Source: Deltaproteobacteria bacterium TL4 (lineage in GTDB: Bacteria > SAR324 > NAC60-12). From it: 64,000 nt of DNA. The notes under the pieces were generated by a model. That model ran no database searches and was not told the origin of the DNA. It saw only the letters and a program-made list of their open reading frames with translations. The position numbers and the translations under genes are program-made. The stretch spans positions 27,498 through 91,497 of the forward strand of contig JBBCAX010000250.1 of the NCBI GenBank assembly GCA_051382335.1, written 5' to 3'. This document shows positions 8,277-18,301 of the stretch, one piece after another (within the stretch, counting starts at the first letter, position 1; each line of letters begins with the position of its first letter).

Positions 8277-11159
8277 TCAACGGTTCCTTTTTGCTTTTGC
8301 CAGTATCTGACTTACGGTACGACTGAGTTTTTTGAGTTCATAGGGTTTTGAAATAATCCCGTCACAGCCCCATTCTTCCAGATTTTCAGGTGTTTCCAGA
8401 TTGGTATAGCCCGTAATCAGAAGAATCGGAATATCTGGACGAATCGCTTTCATCTTTTCCATCAGTTGGGGACCTGTCAGATGGGGCATGGAGTAATCGG
8501 TAATCACCAACCTGAAATCTTGAGGATTGGCTTGAAAGGCCTCAAACGCTTCGAGACTGTCCGCAAAATGAGTCACTCGATAACCCAACCCGGTCAAAAT
8601 GGTGGTTCCCATCTCATTAACCATTTTGTCATCATCAACCAACAAGATATGTTCATTTCCCGCGATGAAGGCGGACTTCGCCTCTTTTTGAGAAGGCGTT
8701 TCTTTCATTTTTAAAACGGGAAAGTAGACACGAAAAATGGTTCCCAGGCCAGGTGTGCTTTCGACTTCAATGTGTCCTTTGTGTTGTTTCACAACGCTGG
8801 AAACGATGGAGAGTCCCAGGCCTGTGCCTCGCTGCGCCCCTTTTTCTTTGGTGGTGAAGAACGGCTCATAGATCCGTTCCAAAGTTGCTGAATCCATGCC
8901 GCACCCATTATCTTGAACACTCAGGCAAAGCATTTCTTCTTCAGCGATTAACTCCTGTTTCTGAGAAAATTGATGAGATTTGAGCCGATTGAGTCTAATC
9001 CATAACTCCCCCTTCCCCGGCATCGCCTGGACCGCATTGTTGCATAAGTTTAAAATCACTTGATAGATTTGAGAAGGATCCGCAGAAACAAGAGGCAGGT
9101 CGAAGTCGATCTCCTGGTGGATCTCAATGGTTGCGGGAATTGAGGCCAGAAGAACAGTCAACACCTCGTCTACGAGGTTTTTTAGCTGTACCGCTTCGGT
9201 GTTTCCCACGGAAGAACGGGTAATGATCAGAATTTTTTTCACCAAATCCTTAGCTCTATCCGCTGATTCCATAATGTTCCCTAAATACCTAAACTCCTTC
9301 CCCTTGGGATCTACAAGCGTTTGTGTCATTTCGGCATAACCGAGGATTGGAACTAACAGGTTGTTGAAGTCATGAGCAATGCCTCCTGCCAAGGTTCCAA
9401 TGGCCTCCATTTTTTGAGATTGACGGAGTTGTTTTTCCAATTTATTACGTTCTGAAACATCCCGACCAATGGCTACCACGTATTTGGGATTCCCGTCTTC
9501 ATCTTTCACAAGTTGAGCCCGATATTCAAAAGAGACAGAGCGTCCATCCTTACAAAGCTGATTCAGTGCCACCGTGATTTTTTTGCCCTGATTCAATTTC
9601 CCAAGTTCCTCAGCAATCCGTTTGATCTCTTCCTGACTATACCATGCCTTGACGGTTTTCATGGAGGCTATTTCTTCATGAGAATATCCCGTAATTTCAC
9701 TTTGAGCGTTATTCCACCTAATCGGCTTTCCCGTATGGGGATCATACACATAAATGGTATCAGGGGAACTTTGTAAAATATTTTCACTAAACTCTTTTTC
9801 CGCTTTAAGTTCATTTTCTGCCTGCTTGCGTTTTGTAATGTCTTCCTGGATCGTGACCCAATGCTTCTTCCCCGCTATTTCCATAGCGCTCATCTGTGCG
9901 AACGAGAGGAAGGGGGTTCCATCCTTTTTTTGATTGTGAATTTCTCCACGCCAGTATCCAGTTTTATGGATCTGCTCCATGATCATAGCGGTCGTTTGCT
10001 TTTTTTCTTCGGGAGTACCCGCATTCAGGAGGGAACAATGTTTCCCAATCAATTCGCCATCTTCGTATTGAAACATGGTGTCAAAGGCAGGGTTGGTGAA
10101 AATAAGCAGCGCATTTTCGTCAAAAACATTAACCCCTTCTACCAGGTTGTTGAGTACTTGCTCCTGCATCTTGAGTCGTTCTTCCGCCCGCTTCCTGACA
10201 TAGATTTCATCCTGTAAACTCTCGGTTTTGATGGCGACCTGTTTTTTCAGAGAGAAAGTCCAAAGAATCAAAAGGATTCCAATCAATGCAAAGACAAGCA
10301 TGACTCCGATGATGTATTTCAAGACCTCCTTCAGTGATAAGCCTTTGGGTTCCAACGTTCCAAACCATTTATTGTAGAGTTGGTTGTATTGCCCCGTCGC
10401 CTTTAAAATACTCAGCCCAAAACTCAATTTTCCTAAAAGTTCCTGATTTCCTTTTTTCACCGCGAAACTGAACGGTCGGTTGTATTCTTCCACAATCAAT
10501 GGAGACGGTTCCAGGTTGTTGAGATTCAGGTCTCTGATATGGATCAACCCCACAAGTTTAGGCATCAATGCCGCATCCACTTCTCCTGAGGACAGGAGTC
10601 TCAGGGCATCAGGTAAATTATCAATGAATTTCAAATCGATATATTTTATCATGCTGCTAGAGAGGAGATAGTCATGGGCCTGATCATGTTTCATCACAAT
10701 GACTTTTTTCCCTTTAAGATCCTCAATGGACTCAATGCTAATGTGATTTTTTCTGGTAAAGAAGGCATCATAGGCGATCGTGTGAGGTGTCGAAAAATCA
10801 AAAATTTTATCCCTTTCTTTGGAGTATGCCATCATCGGCAGAAAATTGATGATTCCTGCCTTTAATGCCTTTTGGGCTTGGTCCCAACTATTTGCCGTAA
10901 TTTCGAGGTTCAAGCCCATGACCTTTGCGACAGCTTTCGCCAAATCGAGGCTGAAACCGTCCGGATTTCCTTTCGCGTTTACAAAAGTGTAGGGATAATA
11001 ATTATCCACAATGATGGTTTTTACCAGACGGACTGGGAGTGATCCATTCTTTTCATCATCGGTGGGTTGGCTAAACAGGATTGAAGGAATAGAAAGGGTG
11101 AAGGCCGCCAGTAGAAAAACATATTTTCTGATGGCAATACGTTTCAACTTGGCTTTCAT
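8277..11159 (-). CDS. Hybrid sensor histidine kinase (periplasmic SBP3 - TM - 2 PAS - HisKA - HATPase - REC)
   Basis: QSQKMEAIGTLAGGIAHDFNNLL H-box, NLCNNA, DNGCGM, PFFTTK, GTGLGLS; REC with LLVDDD and ITDYSMP. Start set at ATG 11159. Confidence 0.93.
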   Translation of the reverse strand: MKAKLKRIAIRKYVFLLAAFTLSIPSILFSQPTDDEKNGSLPVRLVKTIIVDNYYPYTFVNAKGNPDGFSLDLAKAVAKVMGLNLEITANSWDQAQKALKAGIINFLPMMAYSKERDKIFDFSTPHTIAYDAFFTRKNHISIESIEDLKGKKVIVMKHDQAHDYLLSSSMIKYIDLKFIDNLPDALRLLSSGEVDAALMPKLVGLIHIRDLNLNNLEPSPLIVEEYNRPFSFAVKKGNQELLGKLSFGLSILKATGQYNQLYNKWFGTLEPKGLSLKEVLKYIIGVMLVFALIGILLILWTFSLKKQVAIKTESLQDEIYVRKRAEERLKMQEQVLNNLVEGVNVFDENALLIFTNPAFDTMFQYEDGELIGKHCSLLNAGTPEEKKQTTAMIMEQIHKTGYWRGEIHNQKKDGTPFLSFAQMSAMEIAGKKHWVTIQEDITKRKQAENELKAEKEFSENILQSSPDTIYVYDPHTGKPIRWNNAQSEITGYSHEEIASMKTVKAWYSQEEIKRIAEELGKLNQGKKITVALNQLCKDGRSVSFEYRAQLVKDEDGNPKYVVAIGRDVSERNKLEKQLRQSQKMEAIGTLAGGIAHDFNNLLVPILGYAEMTQTLVDPKGKEFRYLGNIMESADRAKDLVKKILIITRSSVGNTEAVQLKNLVDEVLTVLLASIPATIEIHQEIDFDLPLVSADPSQIYQVILNLCNNAVQAMPGKGELWIRLNRLKSHQFSQKQELIAEEEMLCLSVQDNGCGMDSATLERIYEPFFTTKEKGAQRGTGLGLSIVSSVVKQHKGHIEVESTPGLGTIFRVYFPVLKMKETPSQKEAKSAFIAGNEHILLVDDDKMVNEMGTTILTGLGYRVTHFADSLEAFEAFQANPQDFRLVITDYSMPHLTGPQLMEKMKAIRPDIPILLITGYTNLETPENLEEWGCDGIISKPYELKKLSRTVSQILAKAKRNR

Positions 11160-11274
11160 GGAAAAATCCCCCAAAAATGGTTACGGTTGAAACCGACAGA
11201 CAAGTTTTGTCAACGGACACTAGGTTAAGATGGCCACGAATCCGCAGGGAGCTAACCCACTTCAAGCGGGACAA

Positions 11275-11379
11275 TATAGCTGTCCAGGAAAGTTTTTTCC
11301 CTGGGAGCGAGGGCATCTTGCCCTCACCGGAGGGCGGGACGCCCTCGCTCCCAGGACAAAACTTATCTTGAGCACTATA
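11275..11379. repeat. REP-like hairpin doublet within an imperfect inverted-repeat shell
   Basis: Perfect 15-bp IR CCTGGGAGCGAGGGC (11300-11314) / GCCCTCGCTCCCAGG (11341-11355), two internal GAGGGC-N5-GCCCTC hairpins, outer TATAG...CTATA arms. Confidence 0.8.
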
Positions 11380-11443
11380 CTCATTGTCATAACATATTAA
11401 CAAAAACTGTCAATTGTGAGAACGATGTCAGGGAGAAAAGAGA

Positions 11444-12265
11444 ATGTTTGCGGTAACCCCAGATTTAGTATTAAAACCCGAGGACCTTCATTTGTGGTTA
11501 GCATTTCCTGATGAAATCACAGACCCCTTGCTCTTGTCCAGATATAAGGAGTTGATGGCCCCTGAGGAAAAGGCGCAACATCAACGCTTTTATTTTGAAA
11601 AAGATCGACATTTATATCTCCTTACCCGTGCCTTAATCAGAACCACTTTGTCCCGATATTTTCCTTTGAAGCCGGAGCAATGGATTTTTTCCAGAAATGC
11701 TTACGGACGTTCCGAGATTGTTCGTGAGCCGGGAGTGCCTCATCTACGCTTTAATCTTTCACACACGGCGGGACTCGTTATTTGCGGCATCACCTTGAAA
11801 CAGGATATTGGTGTTGACGTTGAAAATATTGAGCGGAACCACGAAATGGTTTCCATTGCGAACCGATACTTTTCAAAACAAGAGGTTCAGGAATTGTTGT
11901 CTTTACCCGCAGCAGAACAACCATCCCGTTTTTATGATTATTGGACACTCAAGGAGTCCTATATCAAGGCTCGTGGCATGGGCTTATCATTACCCCTGGA
12001 GCAGTTTTCTTTAAATATATCCAATCATCCCTCCTTAAGCATCTCCTTCGATCCCAGCTTAAAGGACGTCTCCAAACATTGGCAATTTTGGTTGATAAAA
12101 CCAACGCGACATCACAGAACCGCTCTTGCCCTGCGCAACGATACTGACTTGAGTTACAAACTGAGCATGAAAAAAGTGATTCCTTTTCTTGGGGAACAGC
12201 CCTTTCATTGTCCCATTCTAAAACAACCAACCCCACCGAACGCCAGTTTTGGAGGAAGCCTCTAA
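11444..12265 (+). CDS. Sfp/HetI-type 4'-phosphopantetheinyl transferase
   Basis: FNLSHT, IGVDVE and WTLKESYIKARGMGL motifs. Confidence 0.93.
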   Translation: MFAVTPDLVLKPEDLHLWLAFPDEITDPLLLSRYKELMAPEEKAQHQRFYFEKDRHLYLLTRALIRTTLSRYFPLKPEQWIFSRNAYGRSEIVREPGVPHLRFNLSHTAGLVICGITLKQDIGVDVENIERNHEMVSIANRYFSKQEVQELLSLPAAEQPSRFYDYWTLKESYIKARGMGLSLPLEQFSLNISNHPSLSISFDPSLKDVSKHWQFWLIKPTRHHRTALALRNDTDLSYKLSMKKVIPFLGEQPFHCPILKQPTPPNASFGGSL

Positions 12266-12339
12266 TTTTCAATCCTTGGATTTGACACGCTCACTATATT
12301 TTGTCACAAAATCTATAGTGGCAGATCCTGTTTGCTCAA

Positions 12340-12585
12340 GGTTCCTTGTTCCTCGGGATAAAACCTGAGGCGCCCCCTTTCGCACATTGTGCAGAGACTT
12401 GAATGACATACTCCACGTCCCGTTAGGTACAAAATGAAAAAGCCCATTTGCATCAACCCCTGACCCTAAAACCCAAACACATCAACCATCAACGCTGTGT
12501 GGTTTACCACTCGGAACCCCTTACCGCGAATATGAGGATTTCAGGTATCCCCAAACTGGAGTTATTTCCCGAGGAACAAAGAACC
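12340..12585. mobile_element. MITE-like element, 246 bp, with ~25-bp terminal inverted repeats
   Basis: GGTTCCTTGTTCCTCGGGATAAAAC (12340-12364) versus GTTATTTCCCGAGGAACAAAGAACC (12561-12585). No listed ORF inside; no target duplication seen. Confidence 0.65.
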
Positions 12586-12742
12586 AGAGTTTTCTGAGAC
12601 GGAACTCAGCGCGACGCAAACTTTCAATATGACTTTACATCTTTCACAAATATATTATAACGGCTAAGGCAGGAGTTGAAGAAAAGGAATTAACGCCGAT
12701 TTTGTGGTCAGAAAGGGAAATCGCTTTGAATTAAGGGGATAC

Positions 12743-13696
12743 ATGAGTATTGAAGCAGCACGAATATTCCCAAGGTATACGTTTACTCGGGATTTTATTA
12801 TTCATCACAGTGGGAAAGAATATCCCAGTCAAACTAAGGATATTTCCCAAGGAGGATTAGGGTTTGTTTCAGGACTTGAACTCACCAAGGGAGATTTCTT
12901 AAGTTTAGAATTAAAGCTGTATGAACAGGATTTCTTTTTTACAGGAGAAATTGTGGTCAAACGGCCAAAAATCGAAGGTTCTTTTTTCTATGGCGTTTCC
13001 TTTTTTGATTTAACAGAAAATGACGCAAATTCCATAGGTCAGCATTATGAGGGCATTGAGAGCATGAGGCTGGATGTCTTTATGACCACTAAAATAGAGG
13101 CAACGACTTCTCTAATCCCTAGTTCCAAACTGGAACAGGAAGTGGCTTCTGTTCAGGTGGAGTTAAAGGCCCTACGCCTCGAAATGACCAGTACCATTAG
13201 CTTTACCATGAGTATCACCGAATTGATGCATACGATGAGGCAGGGTAAACTGGAGCCTTTTATTAAAATTTTGGAAGAAGAACTAAAACGGTTTAACCGG
13301 GAATATAAATTAGTTTCTGAAAAATTTGAATTGCGGTCTCCTACTTACTCCGTACCGACATCGTTGCTCCAACAACATCAAAGTGAAGGCTTAAAACTGA
13401 TGCTGGTGGAAAATCATTGGTATAGCTTTACAGGACAACGGCACTCCTTATATTTACTCATTCAAGGACCGTTCAACTCATCACAATACAAGATGCTTTC
13501 GACTTACATCCAAATAGCTGAAATCGCGTTATTCACTTTGGATTTAATCGCCTCGGTTCAAACCTATGAGGAACGGACAAGAAAACTACACTCGGAGTTA
13601 ACCTCGTCTCTTGATTATTCGGATAATACCTCTCACCTACTCCTTGAGGAAATGGAAGCGCTAATGGATGTTTTAGGGGAAAAATTGGGGAGTTAA
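12743..13696 (+). CDS. PilZ domain protein with uncharacterised C-terminal region
   Basis: RIFPR (RxxxR) and DISQGG (DxSxxG) c-di-GMP motifs. Start set at ATG 12743 after AAGGGG. Confidence 0.8.
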   Translation: MSIEAARIFPRYTFTRDFIIHHSGKEYPSQTKDISQGGLGFVSGLELTKGDFLSLELKLYEQDFFFTGEIVVKRPKIEGSFFYGVSFFDLTENDANSIGQHYEGIESMRLDVFMTTKIEATTSLIPSSKLEQEVASVQVELKALRLEMTSTISFTMSITELMHTMRQGKLEPFIKILEEELKRFNREYKLVSEKFELRSPTYSVPTSLLQQHQSEGLKLMLVENHWYSFTGQRHSLYLLIQGPFNSSQYKMLSTYIQIAEIALFTLDLIASVQTYEERTRKLHSELTSSLDYSDNTSHLLLEEMEALMDVLGEKLGS

Positions 13697-13884
13697 GATC
13701 CTTTTCAATGACGGAATTTCCTTTAGCAGGCTTGCGGATGACCCGATTGATTAACAGGAAAGACTGTGCTTTCGTGCTTTCATGGTCTAAAGTCTTGAGA
13801 ATGTAAATTGAAGCTTATATATCATTCATAGAATGGATTATTTTTTATAGCAAGGGCGAATACACTTAATCAGCAGGAGGGTGT

Positions 13885-14247
13885 GTGGCAGAACATCGTA
13901 AATACAGTCGGGTTACCTTTGACGCGATTATAAAACTTCATCACAAAGAGCACTTGCTCAAGGCCCATTTATTAGATATTTCTTTGAAAGGCGCCTTGGT
14001 CAAAGTTGATGACGGTATTAAAATTCCTTTACATGAAAGAGTTTTAATGTTCATGGAACTTGGTGGAAGTGCGCTGGTCCTACAGATTGAATGTGAACTG
14101 GTTCATCAACAAGCACAACAGCTTGGTTTGAAATTTATTTACATTGATGTTGAAAGCATTACTCATTTAAGGCGTTTAATGGAACTCAATGTAGGTGATT
14201 CGGGACAGATTGACCGTGAATTGGAATTTTTCTCTTCGCAATGGTAG
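13885..14247 (+). CDS. Stand-alone PilZ domain protein
   Basis: RKYSR, DISLKG and C-terminal IDVESITHLRRLMELNVGD; GGAGG RBS. Confidence 0.92.
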   Translation: MAEHRKYSRVTFDAIIKLHHKEHLLKAHLLDISLKGALVKVDDGIKIPLHERVLMFMELGGSALVLQIECELVHQQAQQLGLKFIYIDVESITHLRRLMELNVGDSGQIDRELEFFSSQW

Positions 14248-14292
14248 TTCGTACCCAGGCCTCAATTCTTTTTTAATTTGATAGATCACTTT

Positions 14293-15387
14293 ATGGCTCT
14301 CCCGAATCTTGCGGTATTCATTTCTCCTCATGGCTATGGTCACGCCTCACGCGCCTCTGCTATCCTCAAAGCCCTGTCGGATCAGGAGCCTGCTGTTCAT
14401 TTTGAGATTTTCACCAAGGTTCCCCGTTGGTTCTTTGAAGAAACCCTTCCAGGGACTTTGGGTTATCACTCAGTGACAACAGACTTGGGCATGGTGCAAT
14501 CTTCAGCAATGCAAGAGGACTTGACGGAGACTCTTGCGCGCCTCGAATCCTTTCTCCCCTTCAAAAAAGAACAAATTGACAACTTGGCGGAACAATTGAT
14601 TCAACTTAAATGTCAGTTGGTTTTGTGCGACATTTCACCGTTGGGTATTGAAGTGGCGCAAAAAGCAAAGATCCCCTCCGTTCTGATCGAAAATTTTACC
14701 TGGGACTGGATATACGAACGTTATGTTGCTCAAAATGCCCGTTTCCAATACTTTGCGGATTTGCTCAAAACCATTTATAAAGCTGCGGACTGGCACGTGT
14801 TGACCGAACCCTTTTGCCAGGAAACGCCTGCGGATCTCATTACCTCTCCGGTGAGTCGCAAAGCCCTCATATCCAAACAGGTTATTCGTGAACGATTAAA
14901 TATTGGCCAGGATCAACGTCTCGTTCTCATCAGTATGGGAGGAATCCCCACCACATTTTCTCCAGAGATTGGATTATTTCAAGAGTATCCGGAGTTACAG
15001 TTTGTCTTTCTGACAACGATTGATAAAATGGAACGACATCAAAACCTGTTATTTCTTCCCCATCATTCTTCCTTTTATCATCCGGATCTGCTTCAAGCGA
15101 GTGATGTGGTGATTGGTAAATTAGGTTATAGTACCATCGCCGAAACTTACCATGCCGGGCTTCCCTTCGGCTATTTTTCACGTCCCACTTTCCCTGAAAG
15201 CCCCCCTCTCGAAAATTTTGTAAAAAAACATCTTCCCAGCAAAAAGTTATCCGCTGGAATTGAAACTTTTGCCTGGCTTAAAGAGATCCCTGACTTATTA
15301 AAAAGGACAAGCCTCAATCGTCAAAATTTAATGAATGGCTCACAACAAGTCGCAGAATTTCTCTATCGCCTCCTGATTGGAAGCTAG
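14293..15387 (+). CDS. GT-B fold glycosyltransferase-like protein (similar to the N-terminal domain of L-arabinokinase)
   Basis: ISPHGYGHASR, NFTWDWIY, LISMGG, DLLQASDVVIGKLGYSTIAE, RPTFPE. Confidence 0.75.
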   Translation: MALPNLAVFISPHGYGHASRASAILKALSDQEPAVHFEIFTKVPRWFFEETLPGTLGYHSVTTDLGMVQSSAMQEDLTETLARLESFLPFKKEQIDNLAEQLIQLKCQLVLCDISPLGIEVAQKAKIPSVLIENFTWDWIYERYVAQNARFQYFADLLKTIYKAADWHVLTEPFCQETPADLITSPVSRKALISKQVIRERLNIGQDQRLVLISMGGIPTTFSPEIGLFQEYPELQFVFLTTIDKMERHQNLLFLPHHSSFYHPDLLQASDVVIGKLGYSTIAETYHAGLPFGYFSRPTFPESPPLENFVKKHLPSKKLSAGIETFAWLKEIPDLLKRTSLNRQNLMNGSQQVAEFLYRLLIGS

Positions 15388-15420
15388 TCGCTGTGAGAAT
15401 AGGCGTTGAGCATAAGCAGG

Positions 15421-15490
15421 GCTTAAGCGAAGCGAGCGCACCAAAAATAAGGGGACGGCAAACTTTCTGGTGCACTCGCTTCGCTTAAGC
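15421..15490. repeat. Inverted pair of a REP-like unit (family shared with 18302-18379)
   Basis: GCTTAAGCGAAGCGAGCGCACCA (15421-15443) / TGGTGCACTCGCTTCGCTTAAGC (15468-15490), one mismatch, between convergent genes. Confidence 0.85.
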
Positions 15491-15571
15491 ACACCTTCTA
15501 GAGGTTCATTTAAATATATTCAGAGAACCTTCCCCTTTTTAGGCGTATGAACGAAGGGCCAGGAAACATTT

Positions 15572-16324
15572 TTATTTTGAATCCTGTTTTAAATTCCAAC
15601 TGACCCATTCGTTATTCACCTCATTCAGGTCAAACTTTTGGGGTGTTTGGGGCTTTTGATTATTGGAAATGGAAAGGTGATAAAAGGCATCAACGATCAC
15701 ATGCCATTCCTCTAAAGAAACCTCCTGGGGTGGCGCTATTTCTTGAGGTCCCGCAATTTCTCCGGTGTTTTGAAAACTGTCTCGTTGGTTTTGTGTGCTT
15801 CCGCTCACATTCACTTTTCCGGAAAACACATAGACATCAGTAGCGTCATTGGTGGCAATCGCGTCATAAGAGGTTCCCTGGATATCAATTTGAGCATTCG
15901 CTGTTCTTAAAATCAAACGAGCGGTTCTTTCCACATTCTTCCGGAATTTAGCCCATGCCCGTCCCATCATTAATTGAAAATCAAAATTACCCTGTTGAGG
16001 ATTGGTAGAGTTGTTGATTTTCAAGTGAGACTCCGGCGCAATCCGAACCTCACTGCCGTCATTAAGTTGTAGTACCAAACGCGTCGCTTCAAGAGTCCGG
16101 ACTTCATATTCCGGAAAAAGCGCCTGACCCTTTTTTAAAGGTTTCCACTCATCCGCTGCCGATTTACGAAACAAGGCACTCTTCTCAACCAGCGTCACAA
16201 CAATCTCTTCTTGAAAACTCGCGCACCAGGCAGGAGACACACGGAACAACAGCAGACAAAGACAAAAAATCAGTTTGAGCTTCCTCAAAGAAAAGCCTGC
16301 CTTGAAGTTTTTGGTATTTTTCAT
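15572..16324 (-). CDS. Secreted FecR-domain protein
   Basis: Signal peptide; VRT...TRLVLQLNDGSEVRIAPES, GRAW, RTANAQIDIQGT, VYVFSGKVNV. Start could be 16342. Confidence 0.8.
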   Translation of the reverse strand: MKNTKNFKAGFSLRKLKLIFCLCLLLFRVSPAWCASFQEEIVVTLVEKSALFRKSAADEWKPLKKGQALFPEYEVRTLEATRLVLQLNDGSEVRIAPESHLKINNSTNPQQGNFDFQLMMGRAWAKFRKNVERTARLILRTANAQIDIQGTSYDAIATNDATDVYVFSGKVNVSGSTQNQRDSFQNTGEIAGPQEIAPPQEVSLEEWHVIVDAFYHLSISNNQKPQTPQKFDLNEVNNEWVSWNLKQDSK

Positions 16325-16428
16325 GAAACCCCTTTTATCCAAATGGAAATTCTATCAAGCGGAGATCCTCTTTCATGGGATGCCGTCCTCATTCCTGTTT
16401 CTGTGAACTCTTAATTGAATTCAATATT

Positions 16429-18222
16429 TTATGGAAAGAATGTTTCAAGGACAGCGGTCACTTGAAGAATATAATGAAAAAATTGATAACTTCCAATGAT
16501 TCCTCTGACATAGCCATATTCGTCATCAACGAGAATGAACAACTGGAATTGATCCATGGCAAATTCATACTCCAAACTGAAGGTTTTGCTGGGGTCAACC
16601 CTGTATCTCTCTATCAATTGCCGTTTTTGATCATACAAGGAGAGGATGGGGGATAAATTGGTTTTTCCAAGGATATCCAAGGTAATCTGGATTTTCCCTT
16701 TTGTTTTATCGGACAAAACCTGAAACATCGTACTTTCTCCCCTTCTTTTTATGTGATCATACACAGGAATAGACCAGGGTAACCTGTAAGTCGTTTTGAC
16801 TTGGTTTTGAGGTACCTGTAACTGTGGACGAGGAGGTGGGAGGCGTTGCTTCTTGTCAAACACTCCGGGTTCTGAGGATTCCTCATCCTTAGGTTGATTT
16901 TCAAACCATTGATCCATGAATCGTGTTGGAACAAAGGGTTCCAGAAAAGAAACCTGAGGAATCCATTCGGTATTGAGGCTCAAGGTGCCTTCCTCCCAGG
17001 CAATGCTTTGAAGTACATAAAGCGCATCCTCCTTTTTTCTTAATTCTGAAATCAATTTTTGACGTTCTCCCAGGTAATATCCTGAATAGACGACATAATT
17101 TCCAGCAATGGTGTGTAACTTTACTTGTTTCCATCGTAAGTCATTTAAAAGCAATGTTTTAACCAGGTGCTCTTCCTGCTGCGGACCGGGAACTCCCCTG
17201 AGTTTAATATGGATGGGGGCTCCGAGATCTTGATCCAAGTTCGCTAATTCAGCAAGTGTCGTATTCCACCTCAAGTCCAACTGACTCAACATGTCTTTGA
17301 TGAGACTCTCAAGACCTCCAGAACTTGGGAATGTCTGTTCCACTTTGGTTTGTGCCAATAAACTCCCATCTTCAGGGTGATAGAGACGAAAAGTTAGGGT
17401 GATCGGGGCTGAAGAATTGTTTTCCTTGGAAAAACTCCATTGTTTGGGACTAATACTCAAAACAGCGTAGGCATCAGTTTTTTTATTTTGCAATACTTGT
17501 GGCATGACAGTTGTGTGGGGCAATTGAGGAAAGCTCGCCTCTGTTGAGAGAATTTTAAACTCTTGAAGGAAGTCCAGCTTTTTTTCATCCAAAAAAAATT
17601 GACGTTCCTCTGTGATGGTAAGCTGAGGAAATAGAAAGTTTTTTCCTTGGTCGAGTAATTGACTCTGCTCCGGTGATAAAGAAAGAACCTCCGTCGTTTG
17701 AAGCGCATAAAACGAAAAATGCTGATTGAGGGCTTTCAACACTAGGGTTTGTTGGGGCATTTGCCAAAAATAAGCTTGAGGATCGTACCATAAAACCAGG
17801 GTTTTGGTTCTCACAGGATGGTTTTTAAGAGGGATATAAAGTTTTTGTAGCAAACGAATGAGACTCGTACGAAAAACACTGGCTTGTATATTTGAAATAT
17901 ATTCTCGCGAATCTTCGGAAATTTCACCACGCAGGACTTCACTGGACGCAATAAACGTTTCTGGCTCAATCAGAAACTTTTCTTCTATCAGTGGTTTCAA
18001 GCGAGTGAGGACCGAGTCATCCACAAGAGACCCCAGGGCTTTGAAAATGATTTTCTGCTTTGCCTTAAACTGCGATTCACGCTTGGCGCGAACAAAGTTC
18101 TCATGATAAACGGTTGCCACGGCCTCCCCTTGTTCTTCGATAATTTCTTGAGAAAATAATGAAAGAGGACAGCTCACCAGAAGCAGAATGATGATGACAA
18201 AACGTTGAATAGGTGTTTGCAT
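16429..18222 (-). CDS. Secreted hypothetical protein; N-terminus resembles FlgT_N/DUF2066-type domains
   Basis: 597 aa with signal peptide; EEQGEAVA...RAKRES..KA....FKAL start. Family assignment is weak. Confidence 0.55.
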   Translation of the reverse strand: MQTPIQRFVIIILLLVSCPLSLFSQEIIEEQGEAVATVYHENFVRAKRESQFKAKQKIIFKALGSLVDDSVLTRLKPLIEEKFLIEPETFIASSEVLRGEISEDSREYISNIQASVFRTSLIRLLQKLYIPLKNHPVRTKTLVLWYDPQAYFWQMPQQTLVLKALNQHFSFYALQTTEVLSLSPEQSQLLDQGKNFLFPQLTITEERQFFLDEKKLDFLQEFKILSTEASFPQLPHTTVMPQVLQNKKTDAYAVLSISPKQWSFSKENNSSAPITLTFRLYHPEDGSLLAQTKVEQTFPSSGGLESLIKDMLSQLDLRWNTTLAELANLDQDLGAPIHIKLRGVPGPQQEEHLVKTLLLNDLRWKQVKLHTIAGNYVVYSGYYLGERQKLISELRKKEDALYVLQSIAWEEGTLSLNTEWIPQVSFLEPFVPTRFMDQWFENQPKDEESSEPGVFDKKQRLPPPRPQLQVPQNQVKTTYRLPWSIPVYDHIKRRGESTMFQVLSDKTKGKIQITLDILGKTNLSPILSLYDQKRQLIERYRVDPSKTFSLEYEFAMDQFQLFILVDDEYGYVRGIIGSYQFFHYILQVTAVLETFFP

Positions 18223-18301
18223 GTTGGTATTGCTAAGAGGTGCAAATTCAATAGAACGAATAATGATTATACTTTCATCGGGCTAATTTTTCACTTTTGA
18301 A

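Noticed and set aside
11200..11223. ACAAGTTTTGTCAACGGACACTAG as an IS end
   Set aside because: No partner inverted repeat or transposase found in the window.
11071..11403. Short ORFs over repeat elements (also 8169-8351, 34480-34919, 63295-63495)
   Set aside because: They are translations of palindromic repeat DNA, not credible proteins.
12292..12320. CACTATA-TTTTGT-C-ACAAAA-TC-TATAGTG hairpin after the PPTase gene
   Set aside because: AT-rich and without a U-tract; cannot be assigned as a terminator or an operator.
12586..12625. Hairpin plus GACGCAAA upstream of PilZ genes, suggesting a c-di-GMP-I riboswitch
   Set aside because: The upstream GGCAAA element and the second stem are missing, and the spacing is wrong.
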